From the NCBI RefSeq assembly GCF_965222475.1, contig NZ_CBDCUB010000001.1:1002982-1066981 (forward strand): DNA of 64,000 nucleotides, written 5' to 3'. The notes under the pieces were generated by a model. That model saw nothing but the letters and a program-made list of their open reading frames with translations. It was not told the DNA's origin and made no database searches. Below, in pieces: positions 37,574-46,793 of this stretch (position 1 is its first letter; every line of letters begins with the position of its first letter). This DNA is from Candidatus Palauibacter sp. (GTDB taxonomy: Bacteria > Gemmatimonadota > Gemmatimonadetes > Palauibacterales > Palauibacteraceae). The translations under genes and the position numbers were made by a program.

Positions 37574-37881
37574 GCGTCCTCCGTTTCGTCGACCCGCGGC
37601 CGGAGCCCCGCCCCGAGCGCCGCGTTGGCGAGCGCGTGCGTGGACGTGGGGCTCGTGATCCAGAGGAAGATGAGGATCGCGACGAGCTTCACGGTCACGA
37701 GGCCGTGCGGAGGGAGGAACATCAGCCCGATGAGGATGAGCCCCGCACCGAGCGTGTCCGTGAGCCCCGCGCCGTGGATGCGGGAGAAGAAGTCCGGGAG
37801 GCGGAGGAGCCCGATCCCCCCGATGAGCGCGAAGAGGGCACCCGACAGCACGAGGACGGCGCTCACGATCTCGAGGATCAT
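37570..37881 (-). CDS. mrpG: Na+/H+ antiporter subunit G
   Basis: 103 aa; MILEIVSAVLVLSGALFALIGGIGLLRLPDFFSRIHGAGLTDTLG. Confidence 0.7.
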   Translation of the reverse strand: MILEIVSAVLVLSGALFALIGGIGLLRLPDFFSRIHGAGLTDTLGAGLILIGLMFLPPHGLVTVKLVAILIFLWITSPTSTHALANAALGAGLRPRVDETEDA

Positions 37882-38159
37882 GTGGCCTCCTCGCGGTCCT
37901 GGTCGGCGAAGGTGCCGTACTTCGAGAATCTGAGCACGGCGATCACGCCGATGAAGTTGATGAGGGCGTACACGAGCCCGAGGTCGAGGAAGTCCGGGCG
38001 GCCGGTGACGAACCCGATCACGGCGATGAGGAGCACCGTCTTCGTCCCGAACATGTTCAGCGCCAGGATGCGGTCGAAGACGGTGGGTCCCCGCGCCGCC
38101 CGCAGGAGCGCGAGTCCCATCGTGACGATGATCGCGGCGACGGCGGCGGCGAGGATCAT
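37878..38159 (-). CDS. mrpF: Na+/H+ antiporter subunit F
   Basis: 93 aa; GPTVFDRILALNMFGTKTVLLIAV. Confidence 0.7.
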   Translation of the reverse strand: MILAAAVAAIIVTMGLALLRAARGPTVFDRILALNMFGTKTVLLIAVIGFVTGRPDFLDLGLVYALINFIGVIAVLRFSKYGTFADQDREEAT

Positions 38160-38632
38160 CCGGACCCCTCGACGCCCGCGACGCGCCGGTCCATCTCGCC
38201 CGTGAGGACACCGTCGGCGGCCTCGCGCGTGAGGGCGTGGATGGTCAGTTCGTCGCCGTCCGCAGCGATCGTCACGGTGCCGGGCGTGAGCGTGATCGAG
38301 TTGGCGTAGATCGCCCGGCCGACATCCGTGCGCTGTCCGGCCCGCACCTTGAACACGCGCGGGCTGATCGGCAGCCCGGGCCTCAGGATGCGCAACGCCA
38401 CGTCGACATTCGCCTTCGCGATCTCGAGGAAGAGCCACGGCAGGTAGAGGACGAGCCCGAGCGGCAGCTGGACCGGCGCGCCCTCGTCGTCCACGATCCG
38501 CATCCGGATGGAGATCGCGAGGACGAGCGCCAGCGAGACGGCACCGAAGCTCAGGAGCAGTGGGTCGTAGTGGCCCGACCAGAGGAGCCACACGGCCGCC
38601 ATGACGACGACGAGCCCGGCGATGTACTTCAC
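38156..38632 (-). CDS. mrpE: Na+/H+ antiporter subunit E
   Basis: 158 aa; two TM then soluble domain, first gene of mrp array. Confidence 0.6.
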   Translation of the reverse strand: MKYIAGLVVVMAAVWLLWSGHYDPLLLSFGAVSLALVLAISIRMRIVDDEGAPVQLPLGLVLYLPWLFLEIAKANVDVALRILRPGLPISPRVFKVRAGQRTDVGRAIYANSITLTPGTVTIAADGDELTIHALTREAADGVLTGEMDRRVAGVEGSG

Positions 38633-38819
38633 GCGCGGCCCCTGCGCGGCGGCTTGTGAAGTCGGGCGAAGGACCCGTCGGCTCGAGTGGTTGGCGGCAT
38701 GTGGCGGTCGGAAGCTGAGTGAACGTTCGGACTGCCCGCGTCGGTCGCCGACAGAATGGCGAACCTCTCGCGCGAGCGCGAGGGGTCGTCGCCCGGGGGG
38801 GCCGGGATCGCCGGTCAGT

Positions 38820-39332
38820 CTACCATTGGGATTGGGCGCCGTCGACGATCTGCTGCACGAGGTTCTCCAGCGCCACGAGCAGGGCCTGCTCCTCCGTCTC
38901 GTCGCCGGGCTGGTATTCCCCGGTGCCGGTCAGGCTCTGCGTGCTCCAGATGATGAGGTTCTCCGCCACGTCGAGGATCTCCACCGAGACGCTCACCGTC
39001 ACGCGGCGCTGGAATACGTCCGCGCCCACCCCGTCGACCGCGTTGAAGTTGACCGCCTCATCCGCATACCTGCGGATCTGCGCCGTGATGACCGCGTCCG
39101 CTTCCTCCTCGGACGAGAGGCGCAGGCCGAGACGCTGGCGCGCCGCGGTGAGGAGTTCCTCAGTCAGGGACTCGGCGAGCCCGAACTGGGTACTCTCGTT
39201 CTCGATCGGCGCCACGTAGACGGTGCGCATGTGACTGGGCAGACCGCCGCCTCCGGAGAAGCTGTAGCAACCCGCCAGCGCCGCGACGACGGCGAGCCCG
39301 ATCATCATCCCGGATCGGATTCGGCAAGACAT
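38820..39332 (-). CDS. LptE-like outer-membrane lipoprotein (tentative)
   Basis: Lipobox VAALAGC; N.T....L...LT..L pattern loosely like LptE; neighbours ybgC and lpxH. Confidence 0.35.
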   Translation of the reverse strand: MSCRIRSGMMIGLAVVAALAGCYSFSGGGGLPSHMRTVYVAPIENESTQFGLAESLTEELLTAARQRLGLRLSSEEEADAVITAQIRRYADEAVNFNAVDGVGADVFQRRVTVSVSVEILDVAENLIIWSTQSLTGTGEYQPGDETEEQALLVALENLVQQIVDGAQSQW

Positions 39333-39990
39333 AGAACCTCTCTTCGTAAGGCCGCGACTCCGCCGTCGCGCTCACCAACCGCCACCGGACCCCGGTCTCC
39401 TCCACCGCGTCCCGGTACTCGGCCTCGCTCGGCCAGCCGGGATCCGCCCCCCAGTCCAACTCGATCCACCGCTCCCGCCGCGGCCCCAGCCGCTCCTCGA
39501 CCCGGGTCAGGCGGTCGCCGGAGAGATGAAAGTAGCGCCTCCTCCCCTCCCCGGCTTCGAACTCGAGTACCCGGAGATCGTCGCTCTCGAACCCGCTCGC
39601 CGGGGGAGCGTCCCCTGGCCGAAAGACGCCCGCCATCGCGTAGAGGAAGACGCTGGGGGGCAACTCGACGCCCTCGAGGTCTCCGGAGGTCGCGAGATCG
39701 CCGTCGACGAGGGTCGCCTGCAGGCTTCCCTCCCCCGTCGAGAAGAGGTCGAGCCGGAAGCGGTCCGGGGGGTTCACGCGCGCGACCCCATCGCCCTTGA
39801 AGCTGCCCCGCTCGTCCGCGTACTCCCACTCGAACTCGACCCGGGTCGGCTGTTCGGCACCGGACGCCGCCCGGGCCCGGCTCGCGACCTCCTCCGCGTC
39901 GGCGATCGGGGCGCCGAGTTCGAAGCCCCCGGTGCAGGCCGCGCTTCCGAGCAGCACGGGCCACAGCGCCCGTCCCGGGACGCGCCTCAC
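39160..39990 (-). CDS. lipoprotein of unknown function (LolB/DUF4292-like fold guessed); 3' end uncertain
   Basis: GTG 39990 preceded by GGGGAGGAG and overlapping the ybgC stop; lipobox LLGSAAC; ORF runs 170 nt into the lptE-like gene. Confidence 0.4.
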   Translation of the reverse strand: MRRVPGRALWPVLLGSAACTGGFELGAPIADAEEVASRARAASGAEQPTRVEFEWEYADERGSFKGDGVARVNPPDRFRLDLFSTGEGSLQATLVDGDLATSGDLEGVELPPSVFLYAMAGVFRPGDAPPASGFESDDLRVLEFEAGEGRRRYFHLSGDRLTRVEERLGPRRERWIELDWGADPGWPSEAEYRDAVEETGVRWRLVSATAESRPYEERFYVLPNPIRDDDRARRRRGAGGLLQLLRRRRSAQSHAHRLRGADREREYPVRARRVPD

Positions 39991-40433
39991 GCGGCCGACT
40001 CCTCCCCGGCGGCGACCGCCGCGATTTCCCCCAGCCGCCGCTTCACTTCCTCGGGAAAACGCCGGGGGCGGCCCCGGCCATCCGCGCATACGAGCCAGGT
40101 CCGGGCGCGGGCCAGCGTCGCGTCGTCCTGCGCGCGCGCGATCCGGTACGCGAAGACGATCTCCCGGCTCCGCAGCCGCTCGAGCCGCGTGTGGATCCGC
40201 ACGCGCTCATCGTAGCCGACGGGCACGCGGTACTCGACCTCGACCCGCGAGACGGGCAGCAGGAGCCCGTCCCGCTGCAGCTCCGCGTAGGAGATGCCGT
40301 GCGCCCGCATGAGCGTGGTCCGCCCCAGTTCGCACCACACGAGGTAGTGGCGGTGGTGAGCCCGGCCCATCTGGTCGGTTTCCGCGTAGCGGACCCGGAC
40401 CTCCACCGTCCCGGCGTCGTCTATCGGTCGCAT
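39987..40433 (-). CDS. ybgC: acyl-CoA thioester hydrolase, YbgC/4HBT family
   Basis: VRYAETDQMGRAHHRHYLVWCE hotdog thioesterase signature. Confidence 0.7.
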   Translation of the reverse strand: MRPIDDAGTVEVRVRYAETDQMGRAHHRHYLVWCELGRTTLMRAHGISYAELQRDGLLLPVSRVEVEYRVPVGYDERVRIHTRLERLRSREIVFAYRIARAQDDATLARARTWLVCADGRGRPRRFPEEVKRRLGEIAAVAAGEESAA

Positions 40434-40534
40434 CGGTCCAACATATGCGTGCCCCGCAACGGGCGCCGAAACGTCGACCTCCGCCCGCTTCCCCCGGTTT
40501 GACGCGTCGTGCCCCGCCCGACGAGCTTCGGCGC

Positions 40535-41296
40535 ATGTCCGAGCGCACCGTGGTCGTGTCCGACATCCACCTCGGCGCCGTGGCGGCGGAGAACGAGCGG
40601 GCCTTTCTCGCGTTCCTCGCCGAGGCGCAGCGCTGGGGCGACGAGTTGCTCATCAACGGGGACCTGTTCGACTTCTGGTTCGAGTATCGACAGGTGGTGC
40701 CGCGCGGACAGCTCGACGCCCTCGCGCGGCTCCGCGCGCTGGTCGAACGCGGGATGCGGATCCGCTTCATCGGGGGAAACCACGACGCATGGGGCGGGAG
40801 CTTCCTGCGGGAGGAAGTCGGGATCGAGGTCCTCGACGGGCCGGTGCGGCTCACCGTCGGCGGGCGGCGCGCGTACGTCGCGCACGGGGACGGCCTCGGC
40901 GGCGCGGACCGGGGCTACCGCGCGCTCAAGTGGGCGGCTCGCAGTCGCTGGGGGTCGGGCCTGTTTCGCTGGGTCCACCCGGATCTCGGGGTGCCGCTCG
41001 CACGGCTTGCCAGCGGCACGAAACGGGCCCAGGCCCGCGAGAACGGGGGAGACTCGCCCCGCGCGGACCGGCTCGCCGCCTGCGCGCGCCAGGTGCTGGC
41101 CGCGAACGCCGACGTCGACCTCGTCGTGTTCGGCCACGCGCACAGACCCGAGCTGTCGGAGGTGGCGCCGGGCCGATTCTATCTCAATGCCGGCGACTGG
41201 CTGCACCACAACAGCTTCGCCGTCGTCACCCCGGCAGAGATCCGACTCGAGTCCTACGCGCCCCAGCGCCCTCCGGTCACGGGAATGCCACCTTGA
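40535..41296 (+). CDS. lpxH: UDP-2,3-diacylglucosamine hydrolase-like metallophosphoesterase
   Basis: VVSDIHLG ... INGDLFDFW ... GNHD ... GHAHRP. Confidence 0.65.
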   Translation: MSERTVVVSDIHLGAVAAENERAFLAFLAEAQRWGDELLINGDLFDFWFEYRQVVPRGQLDALARLRALVERGMRIRFIGGNHDAWGGSFLREEVGIEVLDGPVRLTVGGRRAYVAHGDGLGGADRGYRALKWAARSRWGSGLFRWVHPDLGVPLARLASGTKRAQARENGGDSPRADRLAACARQVLAANADVDLVVFGHAHRPELSEVAPGRFYLNAGDWLHHNSFAVVTPAEIRLESYAPQRPPVTGMPP

Positions 41297-41764
41297 AGCC
41301 GACCGTGATCCCCAGCGACCCATCGGGCGGCGGAGCGACGATCGGCTCGAAGTCCCAGAAGTGGGTGGACACCCAGGCGTCGAGGCCGCTCAGGAAGGCG
41401 ATGAAGCCGGCGAGGACGATCCAGTTCTCGCGCTGTCCGGTGCGGTTCGAGATCCGCTCCTCGTTCTGGGGGACCTCCTCCTTCGCCGCCGAGAGTCGCG
41501 CGTCGGACTTGAAGACCATGAACAGAAAAACCGCCTCCGCCGTGAAGTAGAAGGCGCCGCGCGACGGCTGCCCGACCTCGAACTGCCCCCAGCCGGGGAG
41601 GATCAGGGAGCGGCCGAAGGCGCCGAGGGGAGAGATCGGCGGGCGCTGCTCGGCGGTCAGGGCGTCCGCGACCGCGACCGTGTCGGCCGTCGCCACCGTG
41701 TCGGCCACCGCCCCGGGGGGTGGAGGATCCTGCGCCGACAACGGCCCCGGTTCCGCGGCGCCGC
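41277..41764 (-). CDS. hypothetical protein (weak)
   Basis: Only the part of ORF 41277..42512 downstream of tRNA-Sec can be coding; hydrophobic segments; GTG 41764 tentative. Confidence 0.2.
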
Positions 41765-41772
41765 AGCAGAGC

Positions 41773-41868
41773 ACGACGAAGATGGCGGGAACGTGTGGGA
41801 ATCGAACCCACCCGGGACGCGCGAACGCCCCGTAACGGTTTTGAAGACCGCAGGCGACACCAGTCACC
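41773..41868 (-). tRNA. selC: tRNA-Sec (selC), anticodon TCA
   Basis: 96 nt incl. CCA; anticodon loop CTTCAAA; long variable arm; GTCCCGGGTGGGTTCGATTCCCACACGTTCCCGCCA is near-identical in layout to the E. coli selC 3' half; 8-nt acceptor GGGAGCGG/ACGTTCCC. Confidence 0.8.
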
Positions 41869-41890
41869 ATCCGCTCCCGTTCATCCGTCG

Positions 41891-42286
41891 TCAGGCGGGG
41901 CGCGGGCGCGCGATCACCTCGATCTCGACCCGGGCCCCGAGCGGGAGCGCGCCCACGGCCACGGTGGAGCGCGCCGGGTACGGCGGATCGAAGCACTTCG
42001 CATAGATCTCGTTCACTGCGCCGAAATCCCCCATGTCCGACAGAAAGATCGTCGTCTTCACGACATCGGCGAAGGTGAGGCCCGCTTCGTCGAGCACCTC
42101 CCGCAGGTTCGCCATGACGCGCTCGGCCTGGGAGGTGATATCGCCTCCTGCCATCGAGCCGGTGGCGGGATCCAGCCCGACCTGTCCGGCCGAGTAGAAC
42201 ACCTCGCCGGCCCAGTATCCCTGCGAATACGGGCCCACGGCCGCAGGGGCGTGATCCGTGTGAACGGGTCCGGTCTGCATTTGCAT
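41891..42286 (-). CDS. ridA: RidA/YjgF-family reactive intermediate deaminase
   Basis: 131 aa; GPYSQG ... motifs. Confidence 0.8.
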   Translation of the reverse strand: MQMQTGPVHTDHAPAAVGPYSQGYWAGEVFYSAGQVGLDPATGSMAGGDITSQAERVMANLREVLDEAGLTFADVVKTTIFLSDMGDFGAVNEIYAKCFDPPYPARSTVAVGALPLGARVEIEVIARPRPA

Positions 42287-42384
42287 GGTCTCCTTTCGGG
42301 ACGGGCGAGCGGCTTACGGCTTCTTGCATCGCAGTGGTGGGAACGGGTAACGTCGCCCGTACGCCCCTTCGCTGAAGGTCGATC

Positions 42385-43281
42385 TTGCGTTCGAGCGCGT
42401 CGTGGCGGTCGGGCGAAGATACGTCTATCCCCGGAAGAGCGCCAAGCAACGTGCCGGAGGCCTCCGCCAGACGATTTGCGGCAAGACTCGTGCGCGACGC
42501 CGTCGTCGGCATCGCGCTCTCCGTACAGGCCTACTTCGCTCTTGCCCTGCGGCTGCTCAAAGCCTGCGTGAGCCAACCGTTCTACAGGGCCGACCTGGTT
42601 CAGCAGATGGACACGATCGGGGTCGGCTCCCTCTTCATCGTCATACTCACCGGCCTCTTCACGGGCATGGTCCTGGCCCTTCAGGCTTCGTTCGAGATGG
42701 CGCGTTTCGGGGCGGAGATCTACATCGGGCGTCTCGTCGGCGCGAGCACGATCCGCGAACTGGGCCCGGTCCTCACGGCGCTCATCGTGACCGGACGGGC
42801 CGGGGCCGGCATGGCGGCGGCCATCGGGGCCATGCGGGTGACCGAACAGGTCGATGCGCTGCGCACCATGGGCGTGGATCCCGTCCGCAAGCTGGTCGCG
42901 CCCCGCTTCCTCGCCGCCCTCGTGATGCTCCCGGTGCTCACGATCATCGGAGACCTCGTCGCGATCATCGGAGGCCTCCTGATCGCCGTCCTCAAGCTGG
43001 ACCTGACGGCGCAACTCTATCTGACGTCACTGTATGACAACCTCGCCCAAACCGGCTTCGTGTTCGGAGTGATCCCCTCCGATCTGGTCCAGGGGCTGGC
43101 AAAGCCCTTCGCCTTCGGCGGCCTGATGGCGCTCACGAGTTGCTTCCACGGGCTGAGGACGCAGGGCGGCACGGAGGGGGTCGGCCGCGCGACGACGAAC
43201 GCCGTGGTCACCACGTCGATCCTCGTCCTCGCCGCGGACTACTTCATCACCCAGATCCTCATCGTCATCTTTCCCCAATGA
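42385..43281 (+). CDS. mlaE: phospholipid ABC transporter permease (MlaE family); start uncertain
   Basis: Multi-TM permease GVGSLFIVILTGLFTGMVLALQ; stop overlaps mlaF start (ATGA). Confidence 0.65.
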   Translation: MRSSASWRSGEDTSIPGRAPSNVPEASARRFAARLVRDAVVGIALSVQAYFALALRLLKACVSQPFYRADLVQQMDTIGVGSLFIVILTGLFTGMVLALQASFEMARFGAEIYIGRLVGASTIRELGPVLTALIVTGRAGAGMAAAIGAMRVTEQVDALRTMGVDPVRKLVAPRFLAALVMLPVLTIIGDLVAIIGGLLIAVLKLDLTAQLYLTSLYDNLAQTGFVFGVIPSDLVQGLAKPFAFGGLMALTSCFHGLRTQGGTEGVGRATTNAVVTTSILVLAADYFITQILIVIFPQ

Positions 43282-44132
43282 GCGAGCAGCGGAGCGAGCG
43301 GCGGAGCCCCGGCGGAGCGGAGCCGGGGACGGAGGCCTTCGAGGCCGAACTTCGCGAAGAGATCCGCCGCGAACTGGGGACGCAGCGGCGCGCCCCGGAG
43401 CGGCCGGAAGAGGTCGAACTGCGGGATGTGTGGCTCTCGTTCGGAAGGCACGAGGTCCTTCGCGGGGTCTCGCTGGGCGTGGCCCGGGGGGGTACGCTCT
43501 GCATTCTCGGGGGCTCCGGGGTCGGAAAGTCCACGGTGCTGCGCCTGATGCTCCGCCTGCTCCTCCCCGACCGCGGCGAGGTCCTCATCGAGGGCCGCGA
43601 CATCAGCGCGGTCTCGCGAATCGAAGCGCTCGCGCTCCGTGAACGGATGGGCATGGTCTTCCAGGGCTCGGCGCTGTTCGATTCGCTGAACGTGTTCGAC
43701 AACGTCGCCTTCCCGATGTACGAGCACACCGCACTCGGAGAGGAGGAGATCCGCGAGCGGGTGGGGGAGGTCCTGTCCTTCGTCGATCTGGAGCCGGCCG
43801 AGGTCCTCGGGCTGCTTCCCTCCGAACTCTCCGGAGGCATGCGAAAGCGGGTGGCCATCGCGCGCGCCATCGTGCATAAACCCCCGATTCTCCTCTTCGA
43901 TGAGCCGACGAGCGGCCTCGACCCCATCACGACCCGTACGATCGACGAGTTGATCATGAAACTCCGCCGCGAGTTGCATGTTTGTGCGGTGGTCGTCACG
44001 CACGATGTGCGCTCCGCGTCGCGGATCGCGACCGAGACCGCGCTCCTGAAGGACGGAGAGATTATCTTCCAGGGGACGCCGGAGGAGATGCACGTGTCGC
44101 ATGACCGCTATGTTCGCGAGTTTCGGAGCTAG
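43278..44132 (+). CDS. mlaF: phospholipid ABC transporter ATP-binding protein
   Basis: Walker A GGSGVGKST, LSGGMRKRV, LLFDEPTSGLD. Confidence 0.8.
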   Translation: MSEQRSERRSPGGAEPGTEAFEAELREEIRRELGTQRRAPERPEEVELRDVWLSFGRHEVLRGVSLGVARGGTLCILGGSGVGKSTVLRLMLRLLLPDRGEVLIEGRDISAVSRIEALALRERMGMVFQGSALFDSLNVFDNVAFPMYEHTALGEEEIRERVGEVLSFVDLEPAEVLGLLPSELSGGMRKRVAIARAIVHKPPILLFDEPTSGLDPITTRTIDELIMKLRRELHVCAVVVTHDVRSASRIATETALLKDGEIIFQGTPEEMHVSHDRYVREFRS

Positions 44133-44207
44133 CGGCGCGGAGGGACCCCGCGCCGGACGGGGCGAGACGACCCGCGAGACCTGTCGTCAGGACGACGGAG
44201 CCGGACG

Positions 44208-45188
44208 ATGAGACGATCCAAACCGATTACGTGGGATCAGATCCGGGTGGGGATCGTCCTGATCTTCGGACTCGTGGTGCTCGCCGTGGGCGTCTTCTTC
44301 ATCGGCGAGGTCGGGGATGTGTTCTCGGAACGGTACCGGCTCGTCACGCTGATGGAGTCGGCCTCGGGGCTCCAGCCCGGGGCGGTCGTGCAGGTGGCCG
44401 GGCGCAACGTGGGCCAGGTGGAGCGCGTGGAGTTCATCCCTCCGGCCACCCGCGGAGAATCGGACATGGCGATCGCGATCTGGATGGGGGTGAACGTGTC
44501 GGTGCGAGAGCAGATTCGGCACGACTCGCGCGCCCGCGTGCGGACGCTGGGGCTGCTCGGAGACCGGATCATCGATATCGAACCGGGCTCCGCCGACTTC
44601 GCCGCGCTCGCGCCCGGAGATACCGTCGAGTCCGCGCCGGCGCTGAGCTTCGACGAACTCCTCGGCGAGGCAGCCGACGCCGTGCGGAGCCTCACGGACC
44701 TCTCGAACGGCCTCGGGGCCACGCTGACGCGCGTCTCGGACGGCGAGGGCTCGCTGGGCCGCCTCCTCGTGGACGAGACGCTCTACGAGGGTCTCGTGGA
44801 GCTGAACGCGCAGCTCGGGACCGTGTTGGGTCCGGTCGCGAAAGGCGAGGGCCTGCTGGGCCGCCTGCTCGGCGACGAGGCCATCTACGACCGGCTCCTC
44901 GCCGCGACGGCGCGCCTCGACACCGTGACCGGGGCCATGGCGTCGGGCGAGGGAACGCTGGGGCGACTGTTTGCCTCCGACTCCCTCTACCGGGCTCTCG
45001 CCTCCTCCGCCACCCGGGCCGACTCGCTCCTCGGTCTCATCGAGGGCGGCGAGGGAGCCATCGGCCGCCTGGTCGGCGAGGACGTGCTGTACGAGGAGTT
45101 GCTCAAGGTCGTGGTCGACCTGAACGCGTTCCTCGCGGAGGTGCGGGCGAACCCGGGCAGGTTCATCCCCCCCGTGAGGGTCTTCTAG
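44208..45188 (+). CDS. mlaD: MCE-domain periplasmic substrate-binding protein
   Basis: N-terminal TM then Mce domain (VQVAGRNVGQVERVEF) and repeated GEGSLGRLL.D coiled segments. Confidence 0.75.
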   Translation: MRRSKPITWDQIRVGIVLIFGLVVLAVGVFFIGEVGDVFSERYRLVTLMESASGLQPGAVVQVAGRNVGQVERVEFIPPATRGESDMAIAIWMGVNVSVREQIRHDSRARVRTLGLLGDRIIDIEPGSADFAALAPGDTVESAPALSFDELLGEAADAVRSLTDLSNGLGATLTRVSDGEGSLGRLLVDETLYEGLVELNAQLGTVLGPVAKGEGLLGRLLGDEAIYDRLLAATARLDTVTGAMASGEGTLGRLFASDSLYRALASSATRADSLLGLIEGGEGAIGRLVGEDVLYEELLKVVVDLNAFLAEVRANPGRFIPPVRVF

Positions 45189-45673
45189 CCAGCAGTCCGT
45201 GGCTGCTGGAGGTCGTGCAGGGTCTCGAAGCCGATGACCTCGAACTCGCGCGCGCCGGCCGGCAGAATCACGCTTACGGACTCACCCTTCTTCTTGCCCA
45301 GCAGTGCGCGGCCGATGGGCGACTCCATCGAGATGTCGTTGTTGTCGAAGTCGATGTTGTCACCGATCGTGAGGTTGAAGCACTCGATCTCGTCGTCCGC
45401 GACGTCCCTCACCCGGACCTTCGATCCGAAGCCGACGCGGTCGGTCGGGACATGTTCGATGTCGATCTCGCCGAGTTGCGACATCCGCCGCGCCAGGTAG
45501 TCGAGCCGCGCGCGCACGAAGCCCTGCCGCTCGAGCGCCGCCGTGTATTCGGAGTTCTCCCGCAGGTCGCCCTGTGCGACCGCCTTCTCGATCTCTCCGG
45601 GGAGGATCACGTTCAGTTCGTGGAGCAGCGTCTCCGCCTCTTCCCCGATCTTCTGCTGAAGCTCCTCGATCAT
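45185..45673 (-). CDS. greA: transcription elongation factor GreA
   Basis: LPGEIEKAVAQGDLRENSEY GreA N-terminus; ATG 45673 preceded by AAGGAGG. Confidence 0.85.
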   Translation of the reverse strand: MIEELQQKIGEEAETLLHELNVILPGEIEKAVAQGDLRENSEYTAALERQGFVRARLDYLARRMSQLGEIDIEHVPTDRVGFGSKVRVRDVADDEIECFNLTIGDNIDFDNNDISMESPIGRALLGKKKGESVSVILPAGAREFEVIGFETLHDLQQPRTAG

Positions 45674-45697
45674 CCGAACCTCCTTCGACTCTCGCGG

Positions 45698-45745
45698 GCC
45701 GGCCGAAAAAAAGCCGAGGCGCTCCCCTGAGGGGAGACGCCCCGG
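45698..45745 (-). terminator. rho-independent terminator downstream of ssrA
   Basis: GC-rich hairpin GGCGTCTCCCCTCAGGGGAGCGCC followed by T7 run (minus-strand sense). Confidence 0.55.
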
Positions 45746-45751
45746 GCCGAG

Positions 45752-46117
45752 TGGAGGCGGCGGGAATCGAACCCGCGTCCGCGAGCCCATCCGCCACGGC
45801 ATCTACGTGCGTAGTTCGCGATCAGGTCTCGTCCCGTACGGGTTCACGAACGACCCCTCCCGGGACCAGCCGCGTATACGGCTTGCGCCGCGTCTCGCCA
45901 CCCAGGCTCACGGCCCGCCCGGATGGCCAGCCCGATTTGTCGACGTCCGCCGGGAGGTCCTCGGGCCCGGACCTCCTGGAGACGGGCTACGCAGTATTAC
46001 GCAGCCAGAGCCAATCCTTCGTCGGCACTTGAAGTTTTCCCGGTGTTTTACGAGGCCCCGGGCACCTCGGCACGCTTCCGCGGCTTCCAGTTCACGCGTC
46101 GAAGCCGTGTCGCCCCC
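45752..46117 (-). ncRNA. ssrA: tmRNA (ssrA)
   Basis: 5' GGGGGCGACACGGCTTCGACG and 3' GGACGCGGGTTCGATTCCCGCCGCCTCCA form a tRNA-Ala-like acceptor with G3:U70; internal resume region GCC GAC GAA GGA TTG GCT CTG GCT GCG TAA predicts tag (A)DEGLALAA. Confidence 0.8.
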
Positions 46118-46290
46118 GTTGGTACATTGTACGGTCGTTTCTCTTCGCGTCGCGCGCAAGTTGCGCCGATTCTTTGACAGCCGGAAAGCGCCACGGGTAT
46201 ACTCGAAGCTCGCGCTCGCCGGGTCCGGTCGAGTTTTCCGATCAGCACCGATTGTCCCCGCGGGTTCGCGGGGAGGAGACATAGATCCAA

Positions 46291-46743
46291 GTGCATCTTC
46301 GAGAATTGTTCGTACCGTCCGCCATCAAGCTCGACCTGGCGGCCGAAACGAAGGACGAGGCCCTGAAGGAGTTGGTGTCGTGTCTGGGTATCGACGAGAA
46401 GTCCGAGGGGATCCTGTTCAAGATGTTGAAGCGACGGGAGAACCTCGGGTCCACCGGGATCGGGCGCGGCATCGCGATTCCGCACTGCCGATCCCTCGTG
46501 GTGACACGGTTGCGCGTCGCCTTCGGGCGGAAGTTGTCGGGGCTTGACTTCAAGGCGATCGACGAGAAACCGGTGCGGTACGTCTTCCTGATCGTCGCCC
46601 CGCCGCTCGAGGTCTCCCACCAGTACTTGCCGGTCCTGGGAAAGATCGCGCAGTTCGGGAAGGAGCCCGATGTGCCGGACGCGCTCGCTGAGCTCTCGAC
46701 GCCCGAAGAGTTCATCGAGCTGCTGGATTCGAAGGATGTCTGA
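46291..46743 (+). CDS. ptsN: PTS EIIA-Ntr-like regulatory protein
   Basis: GTG start with GGGAGGAG upstream; EIIA type-2 motif GIAIPHCRS. Confidence 0.7.
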   Translation: MHLRELFVPSAIKLDLAAETKDEALKELVSCLGIDEKSEGILFKMLKRRENLGSTGIGRGIAIPHCRSLVVTRLRVAFGRKLSGLDFKAIDEKPVRYVFLIVAPPLEVSHQYLPVLGKIAQFGKEPDVPDALAELSTPEEFIELLDSKDV

Positions 46744-46793
46744 GTCCCTCCCGACATCGCCCGATCGCCCGCAGCAGGAGATCTGAAATCACC

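Noticed and set aside
39305-39964. 219-aa minus-strand ORF
   Set aside because: R/G/P-rich alternative frame of the lipoprotein gene.
41277-42512. 411-aa minus-strand ORF
   Set aside because: The upstream two-thirds overlap tRNA-Sec and ridA on the same strand. Only a short 3' portion could be coding, at low confidence.
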